Of a DNA stretch of 64,000 bases, positions 49,098 through 56,996 are shown piece after piece. The stretch covers positions 78,083-142,082 of the forward strand of contig BTVV01000002.1 in NCBI GenBank assembly GCA_045863855.1. Reading direction: 5' to 3'. Below the pieces are notes generated by a model. It had not been told where the DNA came from, made no database searches, and worked only from the letters and a program-made list of their open reading frames with translations. Source of the DNA: Planctomycetota bacterium. Lineage in GTDB: Bacteria > Planctomycetota > SZUA-567 > H5-PLA8. A program made the position numbers and the translations under genes. Within the stretch, counting starts at the first letter, position 1; every line of letters begins with the position of its first letter.

Positions 49098-50411
49098 ATG
49101 TCTGCGGACGTTAATGTGCTCGGCCTTGTCGATGAAATTTGCGCGCAGCCGCAACTTACGCCAGAGCTTTTGCTCAAGCTGCGCGGCGTGGCTCGGAATA
49201 ATCTGGCTGAGCGCAAGGCGCTACAGCAGCGGCTTTCGGTTCTGGAAGGCGAGAGCCTCTCCGCCGAAGAGAAGGCACTGCGCAAGGCGGCGTTCACATG
49301 GATTCTCGATCGCTCCGACCAAGGGCTCAAGGATTACCACGGCTCGCTGGCCGATCTGATCCGCGGCGAACTCGCGCTTGATCGCGGCGATCACGCGCAG
49401 GCGATCCAGCAGCTTAAGGCCGGCGCGCAGCGCCATCCCAATTCGCCCAAGATCGAGATCGAACTGGCCGCCGCGCATCTGGCGTCGAAGCAGACCGACG
49501 AAGCGCTGGCCATTCTGCAGCGCCTCGAAAGCCAGGGCCTCAAGGACGCCGACTTGTTCTTCCAGAAGGGGCATGCGATCGAGATGCAGGGGCGGCAGGA
49601 AGCCGCGTGCAGCGCGTACGAGCAGGCGCTGGCCGTGGACGCTCAGCATGCCGACGCCGCTTTCCGTCTCGCGTACTACCTCGATTTGCGCGGCGAAGAC
49701 AAGAAGGCCATCGAACTTTATAAGCGCGTCACCGGGCAAGGTCCGTCTTTCGTCAACGCGATGGTCAATCTGGCGTTGCTGCTGGAAGATCAGGAAGACA
49801 TGGACGGCGCGATCCATTGCCTGAAGGAAGCGATGCGCGTCGATCCGCAGAACCGCCGCGCGGCGATGTACTTGCGCGACTGCATCGAATCGCTGGACAT
49901 GTACTACGACGAAAACGAGCGCAAGGAAAACGAGCGCCTCGAATCGGTCCTGCGCATTCCGATCTCCGACTTCGAACTCTCGGTGCGCAGCCGCAACTGC
50001 CTCGCGAAGATGAACGTCAAGGCGCTGGGCGATCTGGTCCGCAAGACCGATCAGGAGCTGCTCAGCTACAAGAACTTCGGCGAGACGTCGCTGACCGAGA
50101 TCCGCCACCTCCTCGAATCCAAGGGCCTGCGCCTGGGGATGTTTAAGGACGAAGAAAACAAGCGCGCGCGTGCCAACCGCATGCGCAGCGGCAATACCGA
50201 GAACGCCGCGATGCTCAAGCCGATCACCGACCTCGAGCTTTCCGTGCGCAGCCGCAAGTGCATGCAGAAGCTGAACATCGAGACCATCGGCGACATCATG
50301 GAAAAGAGCGAGGCCGACCTGCTGGCGACCAAGAACTTCGGCCAGACCAGCCTCAACGAAGTGAAAGCCAAGCTGGCCGAGATGGGCCTCTCGCTCAAGC
50401 CGCTCAACTGA
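49098..50411 (+). CDS. TPR protein with two RNA polymerase alpha-CTD-like domains
   Basis: TPR helices, then PISDFELSVRSRNCL..KNFGETSLTEI and PITDLELSVRSRKCM..KNFGQTSLNEV. Confidence 0.92.
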   Translation: MSADVNVLGLVDEICAQPQLTPELLLKLRGVARNNLAERKALQQRLSVLEGESLSAEEKALRKAAFTWILDRSDQGLKDYHGSLADLIRGELALDRGDHAQAIQQLKAGAQRHPNSPKIEIELAAAHLASKQTDEALAILQRLESQGLKDADLFFQKGHAIEMQGRQEAACSAYEQALAVDAQHADAAFRLAYYLDLRGEDKKAIELYKRVTGQGPSFVNAMVNLALLLEDQEDMDGAIHCLKEAMRVDPQNRRAAMYLRDCIESLDMYYDENERKENERLESVLRIPISDFELSVRSRNCLAKMNVKALGDLVRKTDQELLSYKNFGETSLTEIRHLLESKGLRLGMFKDEENKRARANRMRSGNTENAAMLKPITDLELSVRSRKCMQKLNIETIGDIMEKSEADLLATKNFGQTSLNEVKAKLAEMGLSLKPLN

Positions 50412-50440
50412 GCGTTCGAGATCCGTTCATGCGCTTTACG

Positions 50441-50469
50441 GCGGCAGCTTCGGCTGCCGCTTTTTTTTT
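50441..50469 (+). terminator. Rho-independent terminator
   Basis: GCGGCAGC-TTCG-GCTGCCGC followed by T9. Confidence 0.93.
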
Positions 50470-50533
50470 GAGCTACAGAGCCGCCGCGGTTGGCGTAGGA
50501 TCGCCCGCGACTCCACAGACCCCGGCGGCGACC

Positions 50534-51178
50534 ATGTACCATCACCTGCGCGGCACGCTGATTCGCAAGATGCCCGGCGAAGCGGTCGTCGAAGCCGGCG
50601 GCGTCGGCTATCTCCTGCTCATCTCCCTGCCCGGCTACCAGGCGCTTCCCAACCTCGGGCAGCCCGTCACGCTGTACACGCATCTGCAGGTTACCGACGA
50701 CGCGTTGACGCTCTTCGGCTTCGTGACCGAAGCGGAGCGGCATTTTTTCCGCCAGTTGATCCATAACGTGAAAGGCGTCGGCCCGCGCATGGCGCTGACG
50801 GTGCTTTCGGGCGGCCGGATGGAGCATTTGCAGCAAGCGATCCGGCTTGGCGACGTGGATACGCTCAAGCGCATCAAAGGCGTCGGCGAGAACACGGCCA
50901 AGCGCATCGTGCTGGAACTGGGCAAGATGCTGGTCAAGGAATCCGAAGGCGCGGCGCCGTCGCGCGCGCGAGGAACGCCGGAAGCGTCCGCCGCACCGCT
51001 CGCGCACCTGGACGAACTTACCGAACTGGCCGTCCGGGCCGTGGCGCAGCTTCAGGAAGTTCCCAACGACGTGGCGCTCAAAGCCGTCCAGCGCGCGTGG
51101 GACGACTTGCGCGCGGAACGCAAAAAACCCGAGCAGGTGCAGGACCTGATCCGCCGCGCGCTGCCGTACACCGAATAG
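50534..51178 (+). CDS. ruvA: Holliday junction branch migration protein RuvA
   Basis: MYHHLRG, GGVGY, LFGF, VKGVGPRMAL, IKGVGENTAKRIVLEL. Confidence 0.96.
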   Translation: MYHHLRGTLIRKMPGEAVVEAGGVGYLLLISLPGYQALPNLGQPVTLYTHLQVTDDALTLFGFVTEAERHFFRQLIHNVKGVGPRMALTVLSGGRMEHLQQAIRLGDVDTLKRIKGVGENTAKRIVLELGKMLVKESEGAAPSRARGTPEASAAPLAHLDELTELAVRAVAQLQEVPNDVALKAVQRAWDDLRAERKKPEQVQDLIRRALPYTE

Positions 51179-51216
51179 CCGTGGCGGCTTGCCGGGCGTC
51201 GAGAGCCAACTAGAGT

Positions 51217-52008
51217 ATGGCCATGAGCTTGGACGAGTATCGGATTATGAATTCCGCCGGCACCGACCAGCGGTTGCAGCGCGCCGCCGAAGGCTGGCTT
51301 GCGTTGACTGACCTTTGTTCACGGCTGCGCCTTGGTTTCGTTAAAGAACATAAGAGAAAAGCGAGTGCCGAGCGTGTGGCCGAAGATGCGGAGTCGTATC
51401 CCATGCAAGCCGCCGTGAATCCTCCATCCGTGCACTTATTCAAAGCGCTGATTTCAGGCGCCAAAGCCTTAAATGAAGCTGGTGTGCGATACGTACTGGG
51501 TGGTGGGATGGCTTTGTCGTTTCATCATCACGAAAGAGCCACTCGCGTTGTGGACTTCTTTCTATTGTTCGACCGCAAGCGCCTGAGCGATCTCGGTGCC
51601 ATCCTGGCCAAGTACGATTTGCGCTCGAATCCGAACGAAGGTTCCAGTTGGCTCCCGCCCGATGCGCAATTCTGGTGGGAGCCCATGCAATACGGGCTCC
51701 CCGATGGACCGCCTGTGGATGTGGATTTAAGGGCTTCGCAACATGAGTTCATGGCCTTCTTGCATACCAGCGGCCTTGAAGGGTCGATCGAAAATACCAG
51801 GGTGCGCGTCCTGAGCGCGGAAGGTTTGATCCTGCTCAAACTGAAGGCCTTTCGCGATAAGGATAGATGGGATCTTAAGACGGTGTGGTCGAGAACGCCC
51901 AAGGTGGATAGGAAGCTTTTAGAGTCCTGGTCGAAACGCTTCAAGGTCGAGGAACGCCTGCTTCAAATGGAGCGCGAAATCGAAGCGGAAAAAAAGGGGC
52001 TCGGCTGA
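51217..52008 (+). CDS. Nucleotidyltransferase-fold protein (MenT1/AbiEii-like) with fused N-terminal helical module
   Basis: YVLGGGMALSFHHHERATRVVDF, VLSAEGLILLKLKAFRDKDRWDL; visibly lower GC than ruvA/ruvB. Confidence 0.78.
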   Translation: MAMSLDEYRIMNSAGTDQRLQRAAEGWLALTDLCSRLRLGFVKEHKRKASAERVAEDAESYPMQAAVNPPSVHLFKALISGAKALNEAGVRYVLGGGMALSFHHHERATRVVDFFLLFDRKRLSDLGAILAKYDLRSNPNEGSSWLPPDAQFWWEPMQYGLPDGPPVDVDLRASQHEFMAFLHTSGLEGSIENTRVRVLSAEGLILLKLKAFRDKDRWDLKTVWSRTPKVDRKLLESWSKRFKVEERLLQMEREIEAEKKGLG

Positions 52009-53096
52009 TGCCACGCCCGCCGCGCCGCAAAGCCGCCGCTTCGGACCCGGAGTCCGATCCGCTCCCGCCTCCGGTAAGCCCCACCGCGCCCGCCAGCGCC
52101 GGCGAGGACGAAGACGCCTTCGAGGCCACGCTGCGCCCGCAGAGCTTCAAGGACTTCGTGGGCCAGAGCCGCGTCGTCGAGAATCTGCGCGTGTACGTCA
52201 AAGCGGCGCTCAAGCGCGGCGAAGCCATCGACCACGTGCTTCTTTCCGGGCCGCCCGGATTGGGCAAGACCACGCTCGCGCGAATCGTCGCGAACGAATT
52301 GGGCGTCGAGTATCACGGGACGTCGGCCCCGGCGCTCAAGAAGCCCGGCGATCTCGTCGGCCTGCTCACCAGCCTGCCGCCACGCACGGTGCTGTTCATC
52401 GACGAGATTCACCGCCTTTCGCCGGTGCTCGAAGAGTACCTATACTCGGCGATGGAAGACTTCTTCATCGACCTCACCGTCGATCAGGGCGCCAGCGCGC
52501 GTCCGATCCGCTTCCAACTCCAACCGTTCACGCTTGTCGGCGCGACGACGCGCGACGGGCTGCTCTCGCGTCCTTTCCAAGACCGCTTCGGGATTCCGCA
52601 GAAGCTGAGCTTCTACAACGTGGAGGAATTGGCGCGCATCGTGGCGCGCTCGGCGAAGATTCTGGGTATCGAGACCGGCGGCGAAGCCGCCGACGAGATC
52701 GCCGCGCGCGCGCGCAAGACCCCGCGCATCGCCAACCGCCTGCTGCGCCGCCTGCGCGATTGGGCCGAGGTGGAAGGCGACGGCACGTTGACGCTGGCCA
52801 TCGCGCAGAAGGGGTTGGAGCGCGAAGGCGTGGACGAATTGGGACTGGATGCGATGGACCGCCGCATTCTACAGGCGCTGGCCCAGCACGGCGGGCAACC
52901 GCTGGGCGTGAAGACCATCGCCGCGATGGTGGGCGAGGAACCGGATACGGTGGAAGAGGTGTACGAGCCGTTTCTGATTCAGGAAGGCTTTATTTTGAAG
53001 ACCAGCCGCGGGCGGATGCTCGGCGGGCGCGGGTACGAGCATATTGGGTTGAAGGCGCCACAAGCACCACCTGAAACAGATACATCACTTTTTTAG
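52008..53096 (+). CDS. ruvB: Holliday junction branch migration ATPase RuvB
   Basis: LRPQSFKDFVGQ, GPPGLGKTT, FIDEIHRL, GATTR, EPFLIQEG; TGATG coupling. Confidence 0.98.
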   Translation: MPRPPRRKAAASDPESDPLPPPVSPTAPASAGEDEDAFEATLRPQSFKDFVGQSRVVENLRVYVKAALKRGEAIDHVLLSGPPGLGKTTLARIVANELGVEYHGTSAPALKKPGDLVGLLTSLPPRTVLFIDEIHRLSPVLEEYLYSAMEDFFIDLTVDQGASARPIRFQLQPFTLVGATTRDGLLSRPFQDRFGIPQKLSFYNVEELARIVARSAKILGIETGGEAADEIAARARKTPRIANRLLRRLRDWAEVEGDGTLTLAIAQKGLEREGVDELGLDAMDRRILQALAQHGGQPLGVKTIAAMVGEEPDTVEEVYEPFLIQEGFILKTSRGRMLGGRGYEHIGLKAPQAPPETDTSLF

Positions 53097-53104
53097 CCAC
53101 TTCT

Positions 53105-54676
53105 TCAAAAGTCTTTGAATTCCGTAAGTATGCTGGGATTTGAAACCCAAAGAGCGAAATAGGGAAGCGGCGCGTTTCTTTTGGCAAGTAAAATAAGGAA
53201 CGGCCCATCAAAAATCAAACTGCGGGGTTTTTGCGGCAGGTCGCCATTCGAAACCACCCATGTAGCCCAGGATATGACTTCCGCACCGCGCTCATTCAAC
53301 TCAAAACGAATACTTTGCATACCTCCAGAAAGTATTAGACCTTCCAGGCCTGGATTCTGGATTGGCCGGCCACTAATTTCTTGGAATACACGCTCAATCT
53401 CGAACTTCAAAATTGGTATCTCTAGTTTATCTCCCTCGTGAAACGCAAGTGCCTTCTCCTTGTCAATTGCCCTAATAACGCTTTCGGAAGCTAACCGCAA
53501 GGTCTCTTGAAGTGGCAAGCGTGCCAGTACCAAGCGTTCTTCACGGGATTTGGTTAGTAACTCAACTATAAATCTAGAAGGGTTCTGATATTCCCAAATG
53601 GCTATTTGATCTGACAAGTCATGCCAACCATCTTCCCCATCCCACAATCCAAATGATGCGACAGGTTTTCCTTGGAAATGAAGGGGTGCTTTCTTCTTAT
53701 GAAATGGCTTTGCAAACTCAAGCACCTTCTCCAAATAGGAGTATGCAATTAGGTCGCTAGATTCTCCCACTTCAGGCATTCCTGGCGGCAGGAACTGAGC
53801 GCCAAAACGACTTTTGCCTTGCTCGCGAATTTTCTCAAGGACAGTTGGCATTTTTCCCGCTACAGCAATGCAGCTAGATTCTGAAATCATCGCTTTGTCA
53901 AAGGGTGATTCATTCAGTGCGCTCAGCCATGCCGGTGGGTTCTGAATCAGGACTGGTCCACCCAAGAATTCTTTCAACTCATGCCAAGCAAGGTCAGATG
54001 TGCCACACCAGATCGTACTACGAGAGTCCTGAAGTGGCGTATCTAAAGTCGGCGAAACTTCGATTTCGGCAAGATTGCTCAGAGATTTGGTTGGATATAC
54101 TACTCCATGTTCTTGAGTACCGGTGTTGCCCATGTAAGTCATTGCAAGTGCTGTGTCCTTCTGTATTGAGCCCAAATTCTTCGCATAGATGGTTCCAGTA
54201 TTGTTGACCAAATACGTGTTTCTTCCCGATATTCCATACTCCGCAGGAAATGCAAGTAGTCCGTAACCTAAAGTTAGATTTTCACTTACTAGGTATGACT
54301 TTGATCCACCCGGCGCGTGAATCCCTTGCCCGGTAAGTATACTAAAAAAATAACCAAAGTACGGTTCTGGGTCAGGAGACGAGAGAAAGGCCCGAGAGAT
54401 GCTTTCATTCAATAACTTAAGGTCGCCCGAACCTGCTTTAAGCTCATACAATCCATTCGGCCCCATCGTACTAGTCGCGTACTCCAAGACGCCATCAAGG
54501 TCATAGTCAGTACGTCTATAAGCGTCTTGCGCCTCGACGTATTGCTTACAGGCTTCGATTACCTTTTCTTCATTTCGACCAATCCGCCAATCTCGCCAGA
54601 AAAATCCAACTACAACCAACGAGCAAATAGCAATGACGGCCAATCCGAGAATAATGACGCGAGATCGTGTCATCAT
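53105..54676 (-). CDS. Membrane-anchored DUF2950-like / serpin-like fusion protein (low GC)
   Basis: N-terminal TM; DGVLEYA, PYFGYFFSILTGQG..APGG, AFPAEYGISGRNTYLVN..GTIYAKNLG; C-terminal FELNERGAE...IFDGPFLILL...FALWVSNP; start could be 54721. Confidence 0.72.
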   Translation of the reverse strand: MMTRSRVIILGLAVIAICSLVVVGFFWRDWRIGRNEEKVIEACKQYVEAQDAYRRTDYDLDGVLEYATSTMGPNGLYELKAGSGDLKLLNESISRAFLSSPDPEPYFGYFFSILTGQGIHAPGGSKSYLVSENLTLGYGLLAFPAEYGISGRNTYLVNNTGTIYAKNLGSIQKDTALAMTYMGNTGTQEHGVVYPTKSLSNLAEIEVSPTLDTPLQDSRSTIWCGTSDLAWHELKEFLGGPVLIQNPPAWLSALNESPFDKAMISESSCIAVAGKMPTVLEKIREQGKSRFGAQFLPPGMPEVGESSDLIAYSYLEKVLEFAKPFHKKKAPLHFQGKPVASFGLWDGEDGWHDLSDQIAIWEYQNPSRFIVELLTKSREERLVLARLPLQETLRLASESVIRAIDKEKALAFHEGDKLEIPILKFEIERVFQEISGRPIQNPGLEGLILSGGMQSIRFELNERGAEVISWATWVVSNGDLPQKPRSLIFDGPFLILLAKRNAPLPYFALWVSNPSILTEFKDF

Positions 54677-54904
54677 CAGAGCCCCTTCAAGAAGACCAGC
54701 TTGACGCTTGAGGCCAGTCATATTTTGAGTTGTGGCGGAGCGTGTTCATCCTGTTGCCTGGAATTTAACGGATGGGTACTGGTTATGTCGTAAGAAATAG
54801 GTAAACAAAGTTTAGTCGCTTGGGCTAATCAGGCTACTCTATTCATTTGTAGAGTACTAAGCTAAACTGATTGTAAAGTTCCTTAAAAGGACAGGAGCCA
54901 CGCC

Positions 54905-55432
54905 ATGCCCCAACACGCCGTCCTTACCGCCGTCGGACCCGACAAGCCCGGGCTCGTTAACGCCGTCTCGAAGTTCATTCTCGACTGCGGCGGGAATATC
55001 GAAGACAGCCGCATGGCCGTGCTGGGCGGCGAATTCGCGATGCTGATTCTCGTCAGCGGCGAGGCGCCGGCCGTCGAGCGGGTGCTCGCGGGCGCCTCGC
55101 AGGCGGGCGAGGCGGCGGGGCTCTCGATCCTCGCCAAGCGCACCCAAGGCGGCGCGAGCGGGCGCGGCACGATTCCCTACGCACTCGACGCCTACAGCAT
55201 GGACCATCCGGGCATCGTACAGCGCGTCAGCCGCTTCCTGGCCGAACGCGGGATCAACGTGCGCGCGCTCGATACGCGGCTTACCCACGCGCCCATTACC
55301 GGACAGCCGCTCTTCAGTCTGCACGCGACGCTGGATGTTCCCAGCAGCGTGAAGGTGGCCGAACTCCGCCGCGCGCTTGAGCAGATCGGCGCGGAAGAGA
55401 ATATCGACCTTGAGTTGAAGCCGGCGAACTAA
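54905..55432 (+). CDS. GcvR-like tandem ACT domain protein
   Basis: AVGPDKPGLV..GGNIEDSRM..GGEFAM; DHPGIV second ACT; AGGAG RBS. Confidence 0.9.
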   Translation: MPQHAVLTAVGPDKPGLVNAVSKFILDCGGNIEDSRMAVLGGEFAMLILVSGEAPAVERVLAGASQAGEAAGLSILAKRTQGGASGRGTIPYALDAYSMDHPGIVQRVSRFLAERGINVRALDTRLTHAPITGQPLFSLHATLDVPSSVKVAELRRALEQIGAEENIDLELKPAN

Positions 55433-55468
55433 GGGCAACGGTCAAGAAGCCAGAGCGGTTCAAAAGAC

Positions 55469-56953
55469 TTAAAGACCCAGGCTCTCGAACTTCCATTCGG
55501 CCCAAGGCGTCATGCGGGTTCCGTCCATCTCGCAGGAAGCGTCCACCCCGAAGCCGGGGCGCGCGTTCAGCGAGGTGACGTCGAGGGTCCCGCGCTCGGT
55601 GTCCAATGCGATGAGCGAGTCGTCGAACTTCCGGTACAGCCGCGGGTGGCTTTTGAGCAGCGCTTCGCGTTCGCCGGGCGCGAGGTGATCCAAGCCGCGG
55701 CAGAAGTGATGGCCGTTGCGCTCCACATGCTCCACGCCCAGCGCGGCCATGACGACCAGATCGGTATGCAGCGGCAGGACGGGCACGTTCATCATGTCTT
55801 CGCCGCTTACGATGCCCCGCGCCGGCCGGTTTGGGTGGCGTTGCACCGCGGCCTTGTTAAAGATCGCTTTGAGCGGACCTTTAGCGCTCTTGATCGCGTA
55901 GCCGGCGTACCCCAGCTCCAGCGCGCGCGGCACGCTTTCCAGATTGGCGTCCGACTCGTCGATAATCACCGGTTTGATGCGCGAGGTTCGCGCAAGTTCC
56001 GCACGCACGCTCTCGTCCAGCGTCTTCGCGCGCGGGTACGGCTGCTCGACGAAGAGGACCGCCGCGGCGAAGCGCTCCGAGACCGCCGGAGGCTTCAGCT
56101 GCTCTAGGATCGCCGTGAGCGCTTCCGGCGGATCGCACTGTTCGTTGCCGTCCAGCGTCACGAAGTACGGCTCGGACGCGGGGATGTGTTCGTCCAGCAG
56201 TCGCGCGATGCGGCCCAGTCGCTGGAGGTCGGCCTTGGAATCGTGTCCCAGCTTGAGCTTGAAGTAGCGCAGCTTCTCGGCGCGCAGGTAATCCTCCAGC
56301 GTCTGCGGGAGACCGTCGCGCAGGCGCTTGCCCGGCGCCACGTCGCCTTCGGTCAGCGGATCGACGCCGCCGACGGTGTGCCGCACGTGGATCGTCGAGC
56401 GCGGGCGCTCGGAGAGCGCTTCGGCGGGCCGCCAGCCGTTCAGGAAAGGATGCACCGCCTCCGGCTTGAGGCCGAGCAGGTTATCGGCGATCAGCTTATG
56501 AAACGGCGCGTTCGTATGCTTGCCGGCCGCGTCGATCAGCGCGCGCTCGAAGAGCGAAGTACCGAGATTGCCGACGAGGTCGGGCAGATCGCGCGCGCGC
56601 GCCCATTCGAGCTGGTGCTTGTACAGGTCGCGCCAGAGCGCGAAGACCGAGCGCGGCTGCGCGCGGCCGAGGTCCAGCACGGTTCGCTGCGCTTCGGCGA
56701 CGGCCGCGGACAAATCTTCGACGTCCTGGCGGTAGGTGCGTCCGGGTCGCTTGTCGTACCAGCCCGGCGGAAGGCTATCGCCGGCCAGGCCCGTCACGCG
56801 CGCGCCGCTCTCGGTTTCGCAGGTGAGCCACAGATGCGCGAGGGGGCAGGCGACGAGGATGGTCGCGCCGTACTTCGGCGTCATGCGCGTGCGGACATTG
56901 CGCATACGCAGTTCGGCGGCGACCGGGCGAAGGTTCACGACGGGCTGAGCCAT
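55469..56953 (-). CDS. Enolase-superfamily (mandelate racemase-like) protein
   Basis: YFKLKL, LDGNEQ, FVEQP, IIDESD, ERNGHH. Confidence 0.82.
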   Translation of the reverse strand: MAQPVVNLRPVAAELRMRNVRTRMTPKYGATILVACPLAHLWLTCETESGARVTGLAGDSLPPGWYDKRPGRTYRQDVEDLSAAVAEAQRTVLDLGRAQPRSVFALWRDLYKHQLEWARARDLPDLVGNLGTSLFERALIDAAGKHTNAPFHKLIADNLLGLKPEAVHPFLNGWRPAEALSERPRSTIHVRHTVGGVDPLTEGDVAPGKRLRDGLPQTLEDYLRAEKLRYFKLKLGHDSKADLQRLGRIARLLDEHIPASEPYFVTLDGNEQCDPPEALTAILEQLKPPAVSERFAAAVLFVEQPYPRAKTLDESVRAELARTSRIKPVIIDESDANLESVPRALELGYAGYAIKSAKGPLKAIFNKAAVQRHPNRPARGIVSGEDMMNVPVLPLHTDLVVMAALGVEHVERNGHHFCRGLDHLAPGEREALLKSHPRLYRKFDDSLIALDTERGTLDVTSLNARPGFGVDASCEMDGTRMTPWAEWKFESLGL

Positions 56954-56996
56954 GCGGACATTCCCTTTCGAGCGTGGACGGCGGTGCGCAATAGAC

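Noticed and set aside
49098..50411. Calling this gene rpoA
   Set aside because: No alpha N-terminal assembly domain and not in the rpsK-rplQ context
54835..54856. TACTCTA...TAGAGTA inverted repeat as a mobile-element end
   Set aside because: Only 7-bp arms, no matching partner at the other side of the low-GC segment, and no transposase
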